Origin: a virus
Lineage: Duplodnaviria > Caudoviricetes
Direction: 5' to 3' (one strand)
Length of the DNA: 57,838 bases
Virus record (IMG/VR): IMGVR_UViG_3300047181_000043
Coordinates: 1 to 57,838 of that record
A program made the position numbers and the translations under genes. The notes beneath the pieces are model-generated. The model did not search any database. It was not told the origin of the DNA and was given only the letters and a program-made list of their open reading frames with translations. Shown piece by piece: positions 1 to 8,131 of this stretch. Within the stretch, counting starts at the first letter, position 1. Each line of letters begins with the position of its first letter.

Positions 1-107
1 CGTCCCGGAGGTACAGCTTATTAGCTACTACTAACATATGTTTATAATGAATGCGATTCATACGCGATACTAAAGATATCGCATCTTTCTCTTGAAAAAC
101 TGTAATG

Positions 108-135
108 AAAAAGCCTTCCATGTGGGAAGGCTTTT
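108..135. terminator. Intrinsic terminator, probably bidirectional; ends the leftward accessory-gene transcript
   Basis: AAAAAGCCTTCC-ATGTG-GGAAGGCTTTT hairpin with A/T tracts on both sides. Confidence 0.8.
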
Positions 136-138
136 GGT

Positions 139-360
139 TTAACTGAGAAGAGTTACCTGGGCGCTGCCGTAATTATGTTGTTCAATTAATGGATGAGTGA
201 ATCCATCATTGGCATTTAACCGACTGACTTCTAACGGCATTCCTTTGATTCCGCGTTTTGGTGTTTTTTGTAAACGTGGGTCAACTTCTTGATTGCTTTG
301 ATTCTGGAACATATGTGGTCCTGTTTTTTGATAGTTTATAACCACATATGAAATATTCAC
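139..360 (-). CDS. Hypothetical small protein (uncertain; overlaps 281-499)
   Basis: ORF track; same orientation as neighbours and stops just before the terminator. Confidence 0.3.
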   Translation of the reverse strand: MNISYVVINYQKTGPHMFQNQSNQEVDPRLQKTPKRGIKGMPLEVSRLNANDGFTHPLIEQHNYGSAQVTLLS

Positions 361-499
361 CTCTTTCTGTCGATTGAGTAGATATCACCATCAAATCGGA
401 TGAGTTTTCCATCGGAATTAATTGAGTTCGCGGATATTTGTATAATCGATTCTGTAATGATCTCGGTTGTTTCATAATTAATTCCACCGTTTCGATCAA
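281..499 (-). CDS. Hypothetical small protein (uncertain)
   Basis: ORF track; follows 515-724 on the same strand; TTG start; overlaps 139-360. Confidence 0.35.
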   Translation of the reverse strand: MIETVELIMKQPRSLQNRLYKYPRTQLIPMENSSDLMVISTQSTERGEYFICGYKLSKNRTTYVPESKQSRS

Positions 500-514
500 A
501 TATAATTATCCAGG

Positions 515-724
515 TCAGCATATCGGATCCAATCCATACGTGATCAATCTTTCATTTGCCAGTTTGAGCTTTTCTTCTAGATCACATGCTGTATATAACA
601 ATGCATAAATAGCACCGTCGCCGGTTTCATCGCGCCAGGACTCACCATGTCGATTACAGGTAAGTTTTGCTGTGGATTCATCAAAGATCCAGTTGTATTT
701 ACCATCTTCTACTTTAATATTCAT
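515..724 (-). CDS. Hypothetical small accessory/early protein
   Basis: ATG at 724 with GAGG Shine-Dalgarno upstream; MNIKVEDGKY... Confidence 0.7.
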   Translation of the reverse strand: MNIKVEDGKYNWIFDESTAKLTCNRHGESWRDETGDGAIYALLYTACDLEEKLKLANERLITYGLDPIC

Positions 725-810
725 ACAACACCTCATTTAATTATTTTTATTTAATTGGTTATATCAATCTGATTGAATGTGAATTTTACCTTCATTATCT
801 AGATATACTT

Positions 811-984
811 CTATTTCAGATCCATTAGTGTGTCGTTGTGGTGGATACCGCTTATGGTTGCCGCTAAGAATGGATATGAGCACATTTGGTCATACCCATT
901 TTTATAGGTAGCGTTTTTCTTTGGTTTAACCACTTTTCCCACAATGGATATTAGTTGCTCTATAGTCTGGTATGGTTTACTCAT
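811..984 (-). CDS. 57-aa hypothetical protein directly after attC (cassette 3 ORF; possibly frameshifted)
   Basis: Manual translation MSKPYQTIEQ...LMDLK*; AAGGA upstream of ATG; below the ORF-track length cutoff. Confidence 0.55.
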   Translation of the reverse strand: MSKPYQTIEQLISIVGKVVKPKKNATYKNGYDQMCSYPFLAATISGIHHNDTLMDLK

Positions 985-1004
985 TACATATCCTTATTTC
1001 GTAT

Positions 1005-1066
1005 GCCTAACGCTGAGGTCTACTGCAACTCGCATTTGGGGTTGTCAGTAGCACCGTTTGTTAGGC
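1005..1066 (-). other. attC-like integron cassette recombination site, 62 bp
   Basis: Minus strand: R'' GCCTAAC, spacer AAACG, L'' GTGCTACT (one extra G), G, extra A, CAAC, loop, GTTG, C, L' AGTAGAC, spacer CTCAGC, R' GTTAGGC. Confidence 0.85.
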
Positions 1067-1400
1067 TATGGGTTTCTTTGCAGTCCCTAATTGAGCATAG
1101 GACTTTTGGTGTTTTGTGTTCGTTGTATTCTACCATATCAAACGCTTCCTTTAGTGTTTTGTATGAGTTGATCCAATTCTCAAAAAAGTTCTCATCACAA
1201 ACGCTCCATAATTGTTCGCCAGTCTCATCATTATGATGGACGCAAATAATCATTGGGGTTACTCGCTCCCACATTACCGCTTTACCGCATTTTGAGCACC
1301 ATGTTTCTCTGTAGTTTCGCTCGATCCTTACACTCAGATTTTGGTGATGCTTTCCGTCATGGTGGACTTTTACAATTTCTACTAAACTTCGGCCGCGCAT
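1020..1400 (-). CDS. Hypothetical protein, cassette 2 ORF (CxxC motif; reads into attC)
   Basis: GGAG SD before ATG at 1400; flanked by GTTAGGCTA...TAGCCTAAC. Confidence 0.7.
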   Translation of the reverse strand: MRGRSLVEIVKVHHDGKHHQNLSVRIERNYRETWCSKCGKAVMWERVTPMIICVHHNDETGEQLWSVCDENFFENWINSYKTLKEAFDMVEYNEHKTPKVLCSIRDCKETHSLTNGATDNPKCELQ

Positions 1401-1414
1401 TGTATTCTCCATTA

Positions 1415-1446
1415 GCCTAACGCAGAGGTATCACCGTTTGTTAGGC
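1415..1446 (-). other. Internally deleted attC-like site, 32 bp
   Basis: GCCTAAC-AAACGGTG-AT-ACCTCTGC-GTTAGGC: both arms nearly identical to the 1005-1066 site, central stem missing; upstream gene's TAA lies inside GCCTAAC. Confidence 0.75.
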
Positions 1447-1842
1447 ATCCTCTTGTTCGTGGGTGTACTCGATCTCATAATCACGCCCATCATCCTTGAA
1501 GATGGAAAAACGAATACCGTCAGAGTTTGGTGTAGCGATATACATAAAATCGTTAGCACCGTGTATCTTCACGCATCGAGGGGAATCCGTATCAGAAACA
1601 GATACAGCAAACACATCATCATCGGGTGAGCATATGCCAACGGACTCAATCAACTTATTGAATTCATCTAGTGTCTGTGATGAGTTATCAAAGAACTCGG
1701 TTAGCTTACCACTAGGAACGCCAACCACAGTAACGTGATGTAAATCTACAAGGGATATATAGACGTGCTTATATTCTCCATCCAATAATCGAGTATCAAC
1801 CCTGTTGTATGTTCCTGTAATGATATTTCCATTGGTTTCCAT
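1441..1842 (-). CDS. Hypothetical protein, cassette 1 ORF (133 aa)
   Basis: AAAGGAG SD before ATG at 1842; stop codon inside the R'' box. Confidence 0.75.
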   Translation of the reverse strand: METNGNIITGTYNRVDTRLLDGEYKHVYISLVDLHHVTVVGVPSGKLTEFFDNSSQTLDEFNKLIESVGICSPDDDVFAVSVSDTDSPRCVKIHGANDFMYIATPNSDGIRFSIFKDDGRDYEIEYTHEQEDA

Positions 1843-1874
1843 TGTTTCTCCTTTCATTTCTTTTCGTTTCGTAT

Positions 1875-2046
1875 GCCTAACATCCAAGTTACCCCCGGAT
1901 TTCACATCCGTGTATCCAGAAGAAACTCGCGTTTTATACGGATAATATAATAAAAATTCAGGATAAAACGTAAATATTTTCCGGATAAGACTAAAGATTC
2001 CCGCTTTATCCAGATCCGGATAATGCGAAAATTGCATGATAAACTA
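1875..2046 (-). repeat. ~172-bp promoter/leader/attI-like module, left copy (inverted repeat of 57390-57562)
   Basis: Reverse complement aligns to 57390-57562 with about 20 differences by manual alignment; TTATCC repeats, AT-rich promoter-like tract, leader hairpin, ends GGGTAAC-TTGGAT-GTTAGGC. Confidence 0.95.
2039..2045 (+). promoter_or_regulatory. Putative late promoter ATAAACT (other copies: 7928, 21999, 23404, 26776-, 26791, 30797-, 33431, 35425, 44836, 57391-)
   Basis: Recurs just upstream of virion genes; analogous to the T4 late promoter TATAAATA. Confidence 0.75.
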
Positions 2047-2051
2047 CCAAT

Positions 2052-2768
2052 ATGTCAGCTTCCATTACATTTACTCCTCAGAAGATTAGGATAGGCAATT
2101 ACCTAAATATTTCGGTTTCAGGAACCACATTAGACACGTCAAATCCGGGAAAGGTGGTTGTATTGGTTAATGGGTTGTACGCCAGGATAGTATCGATTGA
2201 TACAAATAAGTTAATCGTAGTGGTGCCTAAAAAGTCTAGTAATGGAACGGTAAAGGTAATTCTCAAGAATATAACCTATTCAGGGGTTACTTATACAACT
2301 ATAGAATCGACTGATATACTAACCATTGCATATGATGATGTTCAATTTGACAGAACGGCTGTCGCCTCTGGGTTATTCAATCGAGGGCCTAGTAAGGATC
2401 CTATATATAATAAAGATATTACCATTGAAAATTTTTCAATGGTAACTGATGCAAGTTCTCTTATACAGAATGTATATAACATTCTATTAACCGCTCCGAG
2501 TGAACGGTTATTTAACGCGGAATTTGGAAATCCGTTACTTAATGATGTTTTTGCGCTTAACAATCTACCTGGTGAAAATGACACGGTAACATTAAACAAA
2601 CTAAAGAAACTAATAGAGATTCAAGAACCGAGGGTTATTGTGGATGCATCAAAATCTTATGCGTTCTACGATCCAAATTCAAATTCAATGAAGGTTCTTT
2701 TGATTATATTGTTACCAGCGGGAAAAAGTGAGCAGGTGGCTGTTTCACTCAAGGCGCTCGGAAATTAA
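2052..2768 (+). CDS. gp25: Baseplate wedge subunit, gp25-like, with N-terminal IPT/TIG Ig-like domain
   Basis: NILLTAPSERLFNAEFG...IEIQEPRV gp25 signature; beta-rich N-terminus. Confidence 0.8.
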   Translation: MSASITFTPQKIRIGNYLNISVSGTTLDTSNPGKVVVLVNGLYARIVSIDTNKLIVVVPKKSSNGTVKVILKNITYSGVTYTTIESTDILTIAYDDVQFDRTAVASGLFNRGPSKDPIYNKDITIENFSMVTDASSLIQNVYNILLTAPSERLFNAEFGNPLLNDVFALNNLPGENDTVTLNKLKKLIEIQEPRVIVDASKSYAFYDPNSNSMKVLLIILLPAGKSEQVAVSLKALGN

Positions 2769-3700
2769 TGCTTAAACGAAATACTACAGATGGTGAAATC
2801 CGATATTATCAGGATAGTTTGGATAATATTGATGAAATACTACGTGACTTAGGTTGTGTAACTAAGGATGGTAATATTACCAAGTCTTTAAAGTTGCGGA
2901 AGGTTGTGGGTAAATATCAAATCCCAAATTCTAGTTATTATAGTCCGTGTATAGACGTTACATATGAAAATAAGACTGCTAAGATTATTCGGGGTAGTTC
3001 TGATGTATTTCAGTTTACCGGGAATCTTTATGATTTAATTCCACCGATGAAGTGGTTTGGTCGCCTGGTAGATAGTGTAACGATAGATGGACATGAATTT
3101 AGTCCGGATTTTGTAGTTGATGGTGATGTAATAAGAAATGGTCAGGGAATACGAATTGCTGCGGGTACATTTAGAGAATCGGCTGAAACCTCGTCTATGG
3201 CTGCTAATTTTTATATGGGGTGTAATGATTCCCGAGGTGGTGCTGCTCTGCCGCTGTTAAGGGGATATCGGGATTTTATATATAGATTAGGATTTGGTAC
3301 AGAACCTATAGTTGGATTTGCCGATCTTAATGAATATGTATCGAGAATGTCATTGGATAAGGCGTTTAAAGTATCTGGAGCATTGCCTACATGTGATTAT
3401 TTATTGAACTTCTCGGAGATGGGAAGTAAGATGTATTCGAGATTAACTGAGGTGAAATCGAATAAGCAATTCAAATCAGAATTTATTTTTTCAGGAAAAT
3501 GCACCCCATCTGGTTCAAGTGGAATGAACGTTCCATATGTGATTTTTTATCCAGGCCCGATTCAGATTGCTGGCACAAAATTGTTGCAACGGGCATATCA
3601 GATTCAGGAATATAATATAAATATGGCTATCGGATTGTTCAGTACTACTCCACCATTTGTTAAGAATGGGTTAAATTTGTTAGGTAACAAAAAAAGTTAA
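2768..3700 (+). CDS. Hypothetical protein, coupled to gp25
   Basis: 310-aa ORF, TAATG overlap; no motif recognised. Confidence 0.7.
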   Translation: MLKRNTTDGEIRYYQDSLDNIDEILRDLGCVTKDGNITKSLKLRKVVGKYQIPNSSYYSPCIDVTYENKTAKIIRGSSDVFQFTGNLYDLIPPMKWFGRLVDSVTIDGHEFSPDFVVDGDVIRNGQGIRIAAGTFRESAETSSMAANFYMGCNDSRGGAALPLLRGYRDFIYRLGFGTEPIVGFADLNEYVSRMSLDKAFKVSGALPTCDYLLNFSEMGSKMYSRLTEVKSNKQFKSEFIFSGKCTPSGSSGMNVPYVIFYPGPIQIAGTKLLQRAYQIQEYNINMAIGLFSTTPPFVKNGLNLLGNKKS

Positions 3701-3780
3701 TAAATTGCTGTTTTCGGATCAACAAAAACCAATATTGTTAATAGTTAACAATATTGCGCCCAGTGGGCGAAGGATCAGAT

Positions 3781-5043
3781 ATGGCAAAGAAAAACCAATC
3801 CGCGGAAAGTTCCGCACCATCATATTTTTCATCCCTCAAGAAGATCAAGACCGGAAACGAGCTTGCTGATTCCGGTAAGAAGTTAGTCATCGCCGACTAC
3901 ACTGATACTGGATCTCTTATTCTGAACGTAGGCCTTACGGGAGATCTGACGAAGGGAATTCCTTCCGGAAAGGTTATCATGCTTGCCGGTGAAAAGCAGA
4001 CCGGTAAAACCTTTATTGCCGCTTACTGCTACTGCAGACCGCTACAAAATAAGGGTTACTTTATTTTCTGGATCGATACCGAAAATGCGATGGATGACGA
4101 TCGCTTGGCCGGTTATGGTTTGAATCCTGATGGATTTAGAATTATCAAGGAAAACATCGCCGAACAAGTTCGCTTCCAGGTAAATACAATTCTCGATGAA
4201 ATTGAAGAATTGAAGAAGAAGGATCCAAATCTTAAGGCAGCGATTGTGCTTGATTCCCAGGGACAGATGTCTACCATGAAGGCCGTTTCCGATACTGAAA
4301 AGGGTGAGAAGAAGCAAGATTATACCAAGCAGAAGGAACTCAAGACGTTTTATAATCTGACTACCCATCGCCTGGGTGTATTGGATGTTCCTATGTTGGT
4401 GACTAACCACGTTTATGCAGATGTGAATAATCCATTTGCTGGTAATACTAAGGTTATCAGTGGCGGTGAAGGTGGAATGTTTTCCGCTGAAATTATTTTC
4501 TACTGTCGTAAATTTGCACATAAGGATGGAAAATCTGGTCCGAAGACAGGCATCATTTTTGAAATGACTCTTTTCAAGAATCGTTTCTGTGAAGAAGGCA
4601 AGAAGATCCGTATGTACCTGGATAGAAATACTGGCCCAAATCGTTATTACGGAATTCATCTACTCGCCGAAGAAGCCGGCATTATCGAAGAATGGGATGA
4701 AAAGAAGCATGAAAAGAAGGGACTGAAACTTCCTGAAAAGATTGATAAGAAAGACCGCAAGGCATATGTTATCAAGATCGGAACTGAAGTTGTTAATTGG
4801 AAGGTGGTCTGGGATAAATTTGTATATACTCCAGAAATTACCGATGCTATATCTGAAGATTTACAGCGCTGGTTGGATAAGGCGTTCAAATTGATCAATC
4901 CAATCAACTTTCTCAAGGAAAATCCTGATTATGTTGACGGAATCGATCTTTCCGAAAAGGAAGTTGAGGATGCTGCAGCATATACAGACGAGCTCGAGGT
5001 TGAAGCGGGAAAGAAAGTGGATTCTAAGAAATCTAAGCGATAA
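3781..5043 (+). CDS. uvsX: RecA-like recombinase UvsX
   Basis: TDTGSLILN, Walker A GEKQTGKT, IDTENA, IVLDS, TNHVY, SGG; ATG at 3781. Confidence 0.92.
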   Translation: MAKKNQSAESSAPSYFSSLKKIKTGNELADSGKKLVIADYTDTGSLILNVGLTGDLTKGIPSGKVIMLAGEKQTGKTFIAAYCYCRPLQNKGYFIFWIDTENAMDDDRLAGYGLNPDGFRIIKENIAEQVRFQVNTILDEIEELKKKDPNLKAAIVLDSQGQMSTMKAVSDTEKGEKKQDYTKQKELKTFYNLTTHRLGVLDVPMLVTNHVYADVNNPFAGNTKVISGGEGGMFSAEIIFYCRKFAHKDGKSGPKTGIIFEMTLFKNRFCEEGKKIRMYLDRNTGPNRYYGIHLLAEEAGIIEEWDEKKHEKKGLKLPEKIDKKDRKAYVIKIGTEVVNWKVVWDKFVYTPEITDAISEDLQRWLDKAFKLINPINFLKENPDYVDGIDLSEKEVEDAAAYTDELEVEAGKKVDSKKSKR

Positions 5044-5047
5044 CTAT

Positions 5048-5071
5048 AAGGGGGCCTAACGGCCCCTTTTT
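5048..5071 (+). terminator. Intrinsic terminator
   Basis: GGGGCC-TAAC-GGCCCC-TTTTT. Confidence 0.85.
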
Positions 5072-5104
5072 ATTTGTTATCTTTGTTATTCATAACATTT
5101 TTAA

Positions 5105-5113
5105 TTATCTTTG
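5105..5113 (+). promoter_or_regulatory. Putative early/middle promoter element TTATCTTTG (other copies: 5077, 17150, 22480, 27392, 30772, 35390-, 39618-, 40441; variant 12764)
   Basis: Exact 9-mer upstream of replication/recombination genes on both strands; fits TAnnTTTG. Confidence 0.8.
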
Positions 5114-5119
5114 TTTTAG

Positions 5120-6871
5120 ATGAACCAAACTGTCCCAAATCCTTTAGCATATCGACCACTGGCCCCGCCTGTCGGCAACTTGCCAATGCAAGTGGGGGTT
5201 CCTGGAATCTCAAGTAATGATATTGCTATGTCATCGTTCATGACTCAGGAAGACATTGTTCTTCGTCATATAATGGCAGATTTTTCGCTACAAAATCGCA
5301 TCGTAGCACATTTGGACCAAGAATTATTTGAATTGGATGATAATAAGCACATATGCTATGCGATTCGAGAATATAATAAAAAGTTCTCTAGGTTTCCGAC
5401 ATATCAGGAAATAAAGCTTACTCTACCCCAGGGATCCGTAGCTTCTTATCATCTTGACCAGGTAATGGCATATCCGATGACAAGCGTGGGGCCGGAATTT
5501 ATTCATCATACCGTGATGAAGTTCTTCAAAACTCGAAGAACCAAACAAATTCTAATCAAAGCCGCCGAAAAGATTCATTCGGATCGTATTGATGATATTG
5601 ATTCCATTGTTCCTGAGCTAGAGAAGGCCCTAGGATTCAATCTTGTCAGTGGGGTAGGCTTCGACCTTATCGATGACTTAAGGACCCTCCTGCTCAAGAT
5701 GAAGGCCATTGCCAATGCCATTCCTTCCGCAATATCGGAACTTAACGCCGCCACCAAGAAGAAAGGCACTCACGGCGGATACTATAAGAAAGCGGTTTCC
5801 CTTTATATGGGTCAACCGAATGTAGGAAAAACTCTATTTCTATGTAATGATGCCGCCCACGCCTTCCGGCTAGGTTATAATGTTCTTTATATTTCACTTG
5901 AAATGGCAGAAGAACTACTTGCCGAACGCGTTATAGCCAATCTATGTAATGTTCCAATCTTTGATGTTGTCGATTATGATGCAGATGATCTTACTGATCG
6001 ATTGAATAAGAACTTTACTGAAGAAAACACTCCAGGTAAGTTCTTTTTTCGTAGGCTTCCTACTACCACAAATCCAGCCGATATCGAACGCTGTATAAAT
6101 GAAATTCTTTTGACCAAGGCCGTCGCCATTGACCTGGTTGTTGTTGATTATCTAGGCATCATGAAGCCACAGAAACGCGCTGGAGTCGATACCAATTCCC
6201 TATATTCTATCGGTAAGGATGTTATTGAACAACTCCGCGATATGGCGGATAGAACAAACACTGCAGTTCTCACCGCATCTCAGATGAATAGAGATGGATA
6301 TGACGAATTGATGGCATCCCTTAAAAACACTGCAGGTTCCGCTGGAATCAACGAGACAGCTGACCTGATTGTAACCATTGCCCGGGATGCTGCGCTTAGA
6401 GAACGTAACATGTTCTTCCATATGATTCTAAAAAATCGATTTGGTGAAAACTGCCAGGTATTCCATTCAGAATTTGAACGAAAATATATGCGAGTCACTG
6501 ACGCAACCCAATCTAGCGTTGATGGATATCATCAAACTCTCGGTGCTAAACAGGTCGATATTAAGAACTTTACCCGAGTGGCTAGTTCTATTCCTGATAT
6601 AAGTGGAAAATCAAAGGAAGAGAAAAAAGAACAGGAACAAAAATATATCGAGAAATTTGGCGGTGCCACTAATCCAGTATATGCTCCCGAACAACACTAT
6701 CCACTAAATCCGGAAATAATCCCAGAGGCCACCAATGCATTTACAGGATTGGTTGCACTTGATATTGACCCGACCCATTCCAACGGACCTATGACTATGG
6801 CTGAAGTTTCCAATATGCCAAATAGATCCCTAGCCGAAGCCGCTGCTAATTTTGGAAGAAATTTCAGATGA
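5120..6871 (+). CDS. gp41: Replicative DnaB-family helicase, gp41-like
   Basis: GQPNVGKT, VLYISLEMAEE, VVVDYL, TASQMNRDG, LKNRFG. Confidence 0.92.
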   Translation: MNQTVPNPLAYRPLAPPVGNLPMQVGVPGISSNDIAMSSFMTQEDIVLRHIMADFSLQNRIVAHLDQELFELDDNKHICYAIREYNKKFSRFPTYQEIKLTLPQGSVASYHLDQVMAYPMTSVGPEFIHHTVMKFFKTRRTKQILIKAAEKIHSDRIDDIDSIVPELEKALGFNLVSGVGFDLIDDLRTLLLKMKAIANAIPSAISELNAATKKKGTHGGYYKKAVSLYMGQPNVGKTLFLCNDAAHAFRLGYNVLYISLEMAEELLAERVIANLCNVPIFDVVDYDADDLTDRLNKNFTEENTPGKFFFRRLPTTTNPADIERCINEILLTKAVAIDLVVVDYLGIMKPQKRAGVDTNSLYSIGKDVIEQLRDMADRTNTAVLTASQMNRDGYDELMASLKNTAGSAGINETADLIVTIARDAALRERNMFFHMILKNRFGENCQVFHSEFERKYMRVTDATQSSVDGYHQTLGAKQVDIKNFTRVASSIPDISGKSKEEKKEQEQKYIEKFGGATNPVYAPEQHYPLNPEIIPEATNAFTGLVALDIDPTHSNGPMTMAEVSNMPNRSLAEAAANFGRNFR

Positions 6872-6882
6872 AATATTGAAAT

Positions 6883-7290
6883 ATGTTAGTAGTTATGGGA
6901 TTTATAAATAACTACTTTCAACAGGTCCAACAAAAACTCGCCGTTATCCATGATGAAAACGATGAGGCAATCTCCTTGTTCTATCCGGAACCGAAACTTA
7001 AGCGGTTTTCTGAGAAAATTAACAAGGCTATCAAAGAAGTATATGCTGAAAATAATCATCCCGAAATGAGGATGTATTTCATCATTCTATCATTCCATGA
7101 ACTATTTGATTATAATAAATTTGTTAAATCCATGCTGGATGATGAGTTGAAGCGACAGCTCGAATCCGAAATGGCTGCTGATTATCATATCCGAAAGGGA
7201 ATATCAATTCCTAAGAAATCCAAGAAAAAGAAACTTGAAATAGTAGATGTTGAGCCCGAAACACTCACCACCGTCTCCGAGGTGGTATAA
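6883..7290 (+). CDS. Hypothetical protein; weak resemblance to late-transcription coactivator gp33
   Basis: 135-aa ORF; segment MLDDELKRQLESEM recalls the gp33 C-terminal helix. Confidence 0.35.
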   Translation: MLVVMGFINNYFQQVQQKLAVIHDENDEAISLFYPEPKLKRFSEKINKAIKEVYAENNHPEMRMYFIILSFHELFDYNKFVKSMLDDELKRQLESEMAADYHIRKGISIPKKSKKKKLEIVDVEPETLTTVSEVV

Positions 7291-7862
7291 TGCAAGCAAC
7301 TCTTAAACATTCGGCTATCAACGCAGGTTGCAATGATATACATCTCGACGGTCACGTAAACATCGATATTGATAAAAACAATAATCCTGAAATCGTATAT
7401 GATGTTACCAAATTAGAAGAAATCATAGAACCGGGAACTATACAGCATATCTATGCTGGCCATTTGTTAGAACATCTTACTAAAGAACAGGGAATGGAAT
7501 TCCTACAGACCTGTAAGAAATTGCTAGTTTCTCATGGAGTTCTTACCGTGGTTGTTCCGGACTGGAGAAAGTGCGCACTGTGTAAATCGCACCAGGAAGC
7601 GGAGAATACAATTCTTGCATACGGTCAACACCTCAGATTATATGATGAGGAAACACTAGAATCCGAACTTAAAAGCGTATTCAGTGAAGTCCACGTTGTA
7701 GATCATAAAAATGTTAAATATACAATACATAAAGACGATCCTCTAGCAACGGCAGCTATTGCGATCAACCATCCAGAATGTGAATGGAAATACGTTTTTA
7801 GGAAATCTGAACATCCCTCTACTGTGGAATGGAAGAAAACCCAACCACATAAGGAAGGGTAA
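7290..7862 (+). CDS. SAM-dependent methyltransferase-like protein (type often found with glycosyltransferases)
   Basis: INAGC, HVNID, YDV, HIYAGHLLEHL, GVLTVVVPD. Confidence 0.75.
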   Translation: MQATLKHSAINAGCNDIHLDGHVNIDIDKNNNPEIVYDVTKLEEIIEPGTIQHIYAGHLLEHLTKEQGMEFLQTCKKLLVSHGVLTVVVPDWRKCALCKSHQEAENTILAYGQHLRLYDEETLESELKSVFSEVHVVDHKNVKYTIHKDDPLATAAIAINHPECEWKYVFRKSEHPSTVEWKKTQPHKEG

Positions 7863-7891
7863 TTGACAGTTGAGAAAATAATTACTACTTT
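7863..7891 (+). promoter_or_regulatory. Sigma70-type promoter in the IS607 left end
   Basis: TTGACA-17 nt-TACTTT. Confidence 0.6.
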
Positions 7892-7948
7892 CTACTTCAA
7901 ATTAACTGAATCTAATAACCTGTTTGTATAAACTAAAAGGAGAAGAGG

Positions 7949-8131
7949 ATGAAACGCATGAAAGTAGTACGAGTGACAAAGGAAGAGTTCGAGCTTGAGG
8001 ATGGCACCGTCCAGCCCATGATCGTGGATCTGGGCTATGTCCCAACCGTTGAAGAGTTCCAGCAGATGCTGGATGAGTCCTGCAAATTCGCAGGTATCGA
8101 GGTTGAGGAAGACAAAGATGCCAGTAAATGA
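7949..8131 (+). CDS. 60-aa acidic accessory protein of the IS607 element
   Basis: AGGAG/GAGG SD; overlaps the tnpA start. Confidence 0.7.
   Translation: MKRMKVVRVTKEEFELEDGTVQPMIVDLGYVPTVEEFQQMLDESCKFAGIEVEEDKDASK

Noticed and set aside
1005-1881. CRISPR array from the recurring GCCTAAC/GTTAGGC units
   Set aside because: The units are separated by whole genes of several hundred bp, not 30-40-bp spacers.
1843-2037. N-terminal 65 codons of ORF 1441-2037
   Set aside because: They run through the non-coding repeat; the right copy has a frame-breaking indel and a strong SD precedes ATG 1842.
2768-3700. Possible integrase for the platform (310 aa, near the left repeat)
   Set aside because: No R...HxxR...Y tyrosine-recombinase pattern recognised, and it is coupled to gp25; an HMM search would settle it.
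5054-5060. GCCTAAC as another attC R'' box
   Set aside because: It is the stem and loop of a terminator; no L boxes or GTTRRRY partner.
7860-7948. IStron (group I intron plus IS607)
   Set aside because: The left end is under 90 nt, too short for a group I core, and the insertion is at a gene boundary.
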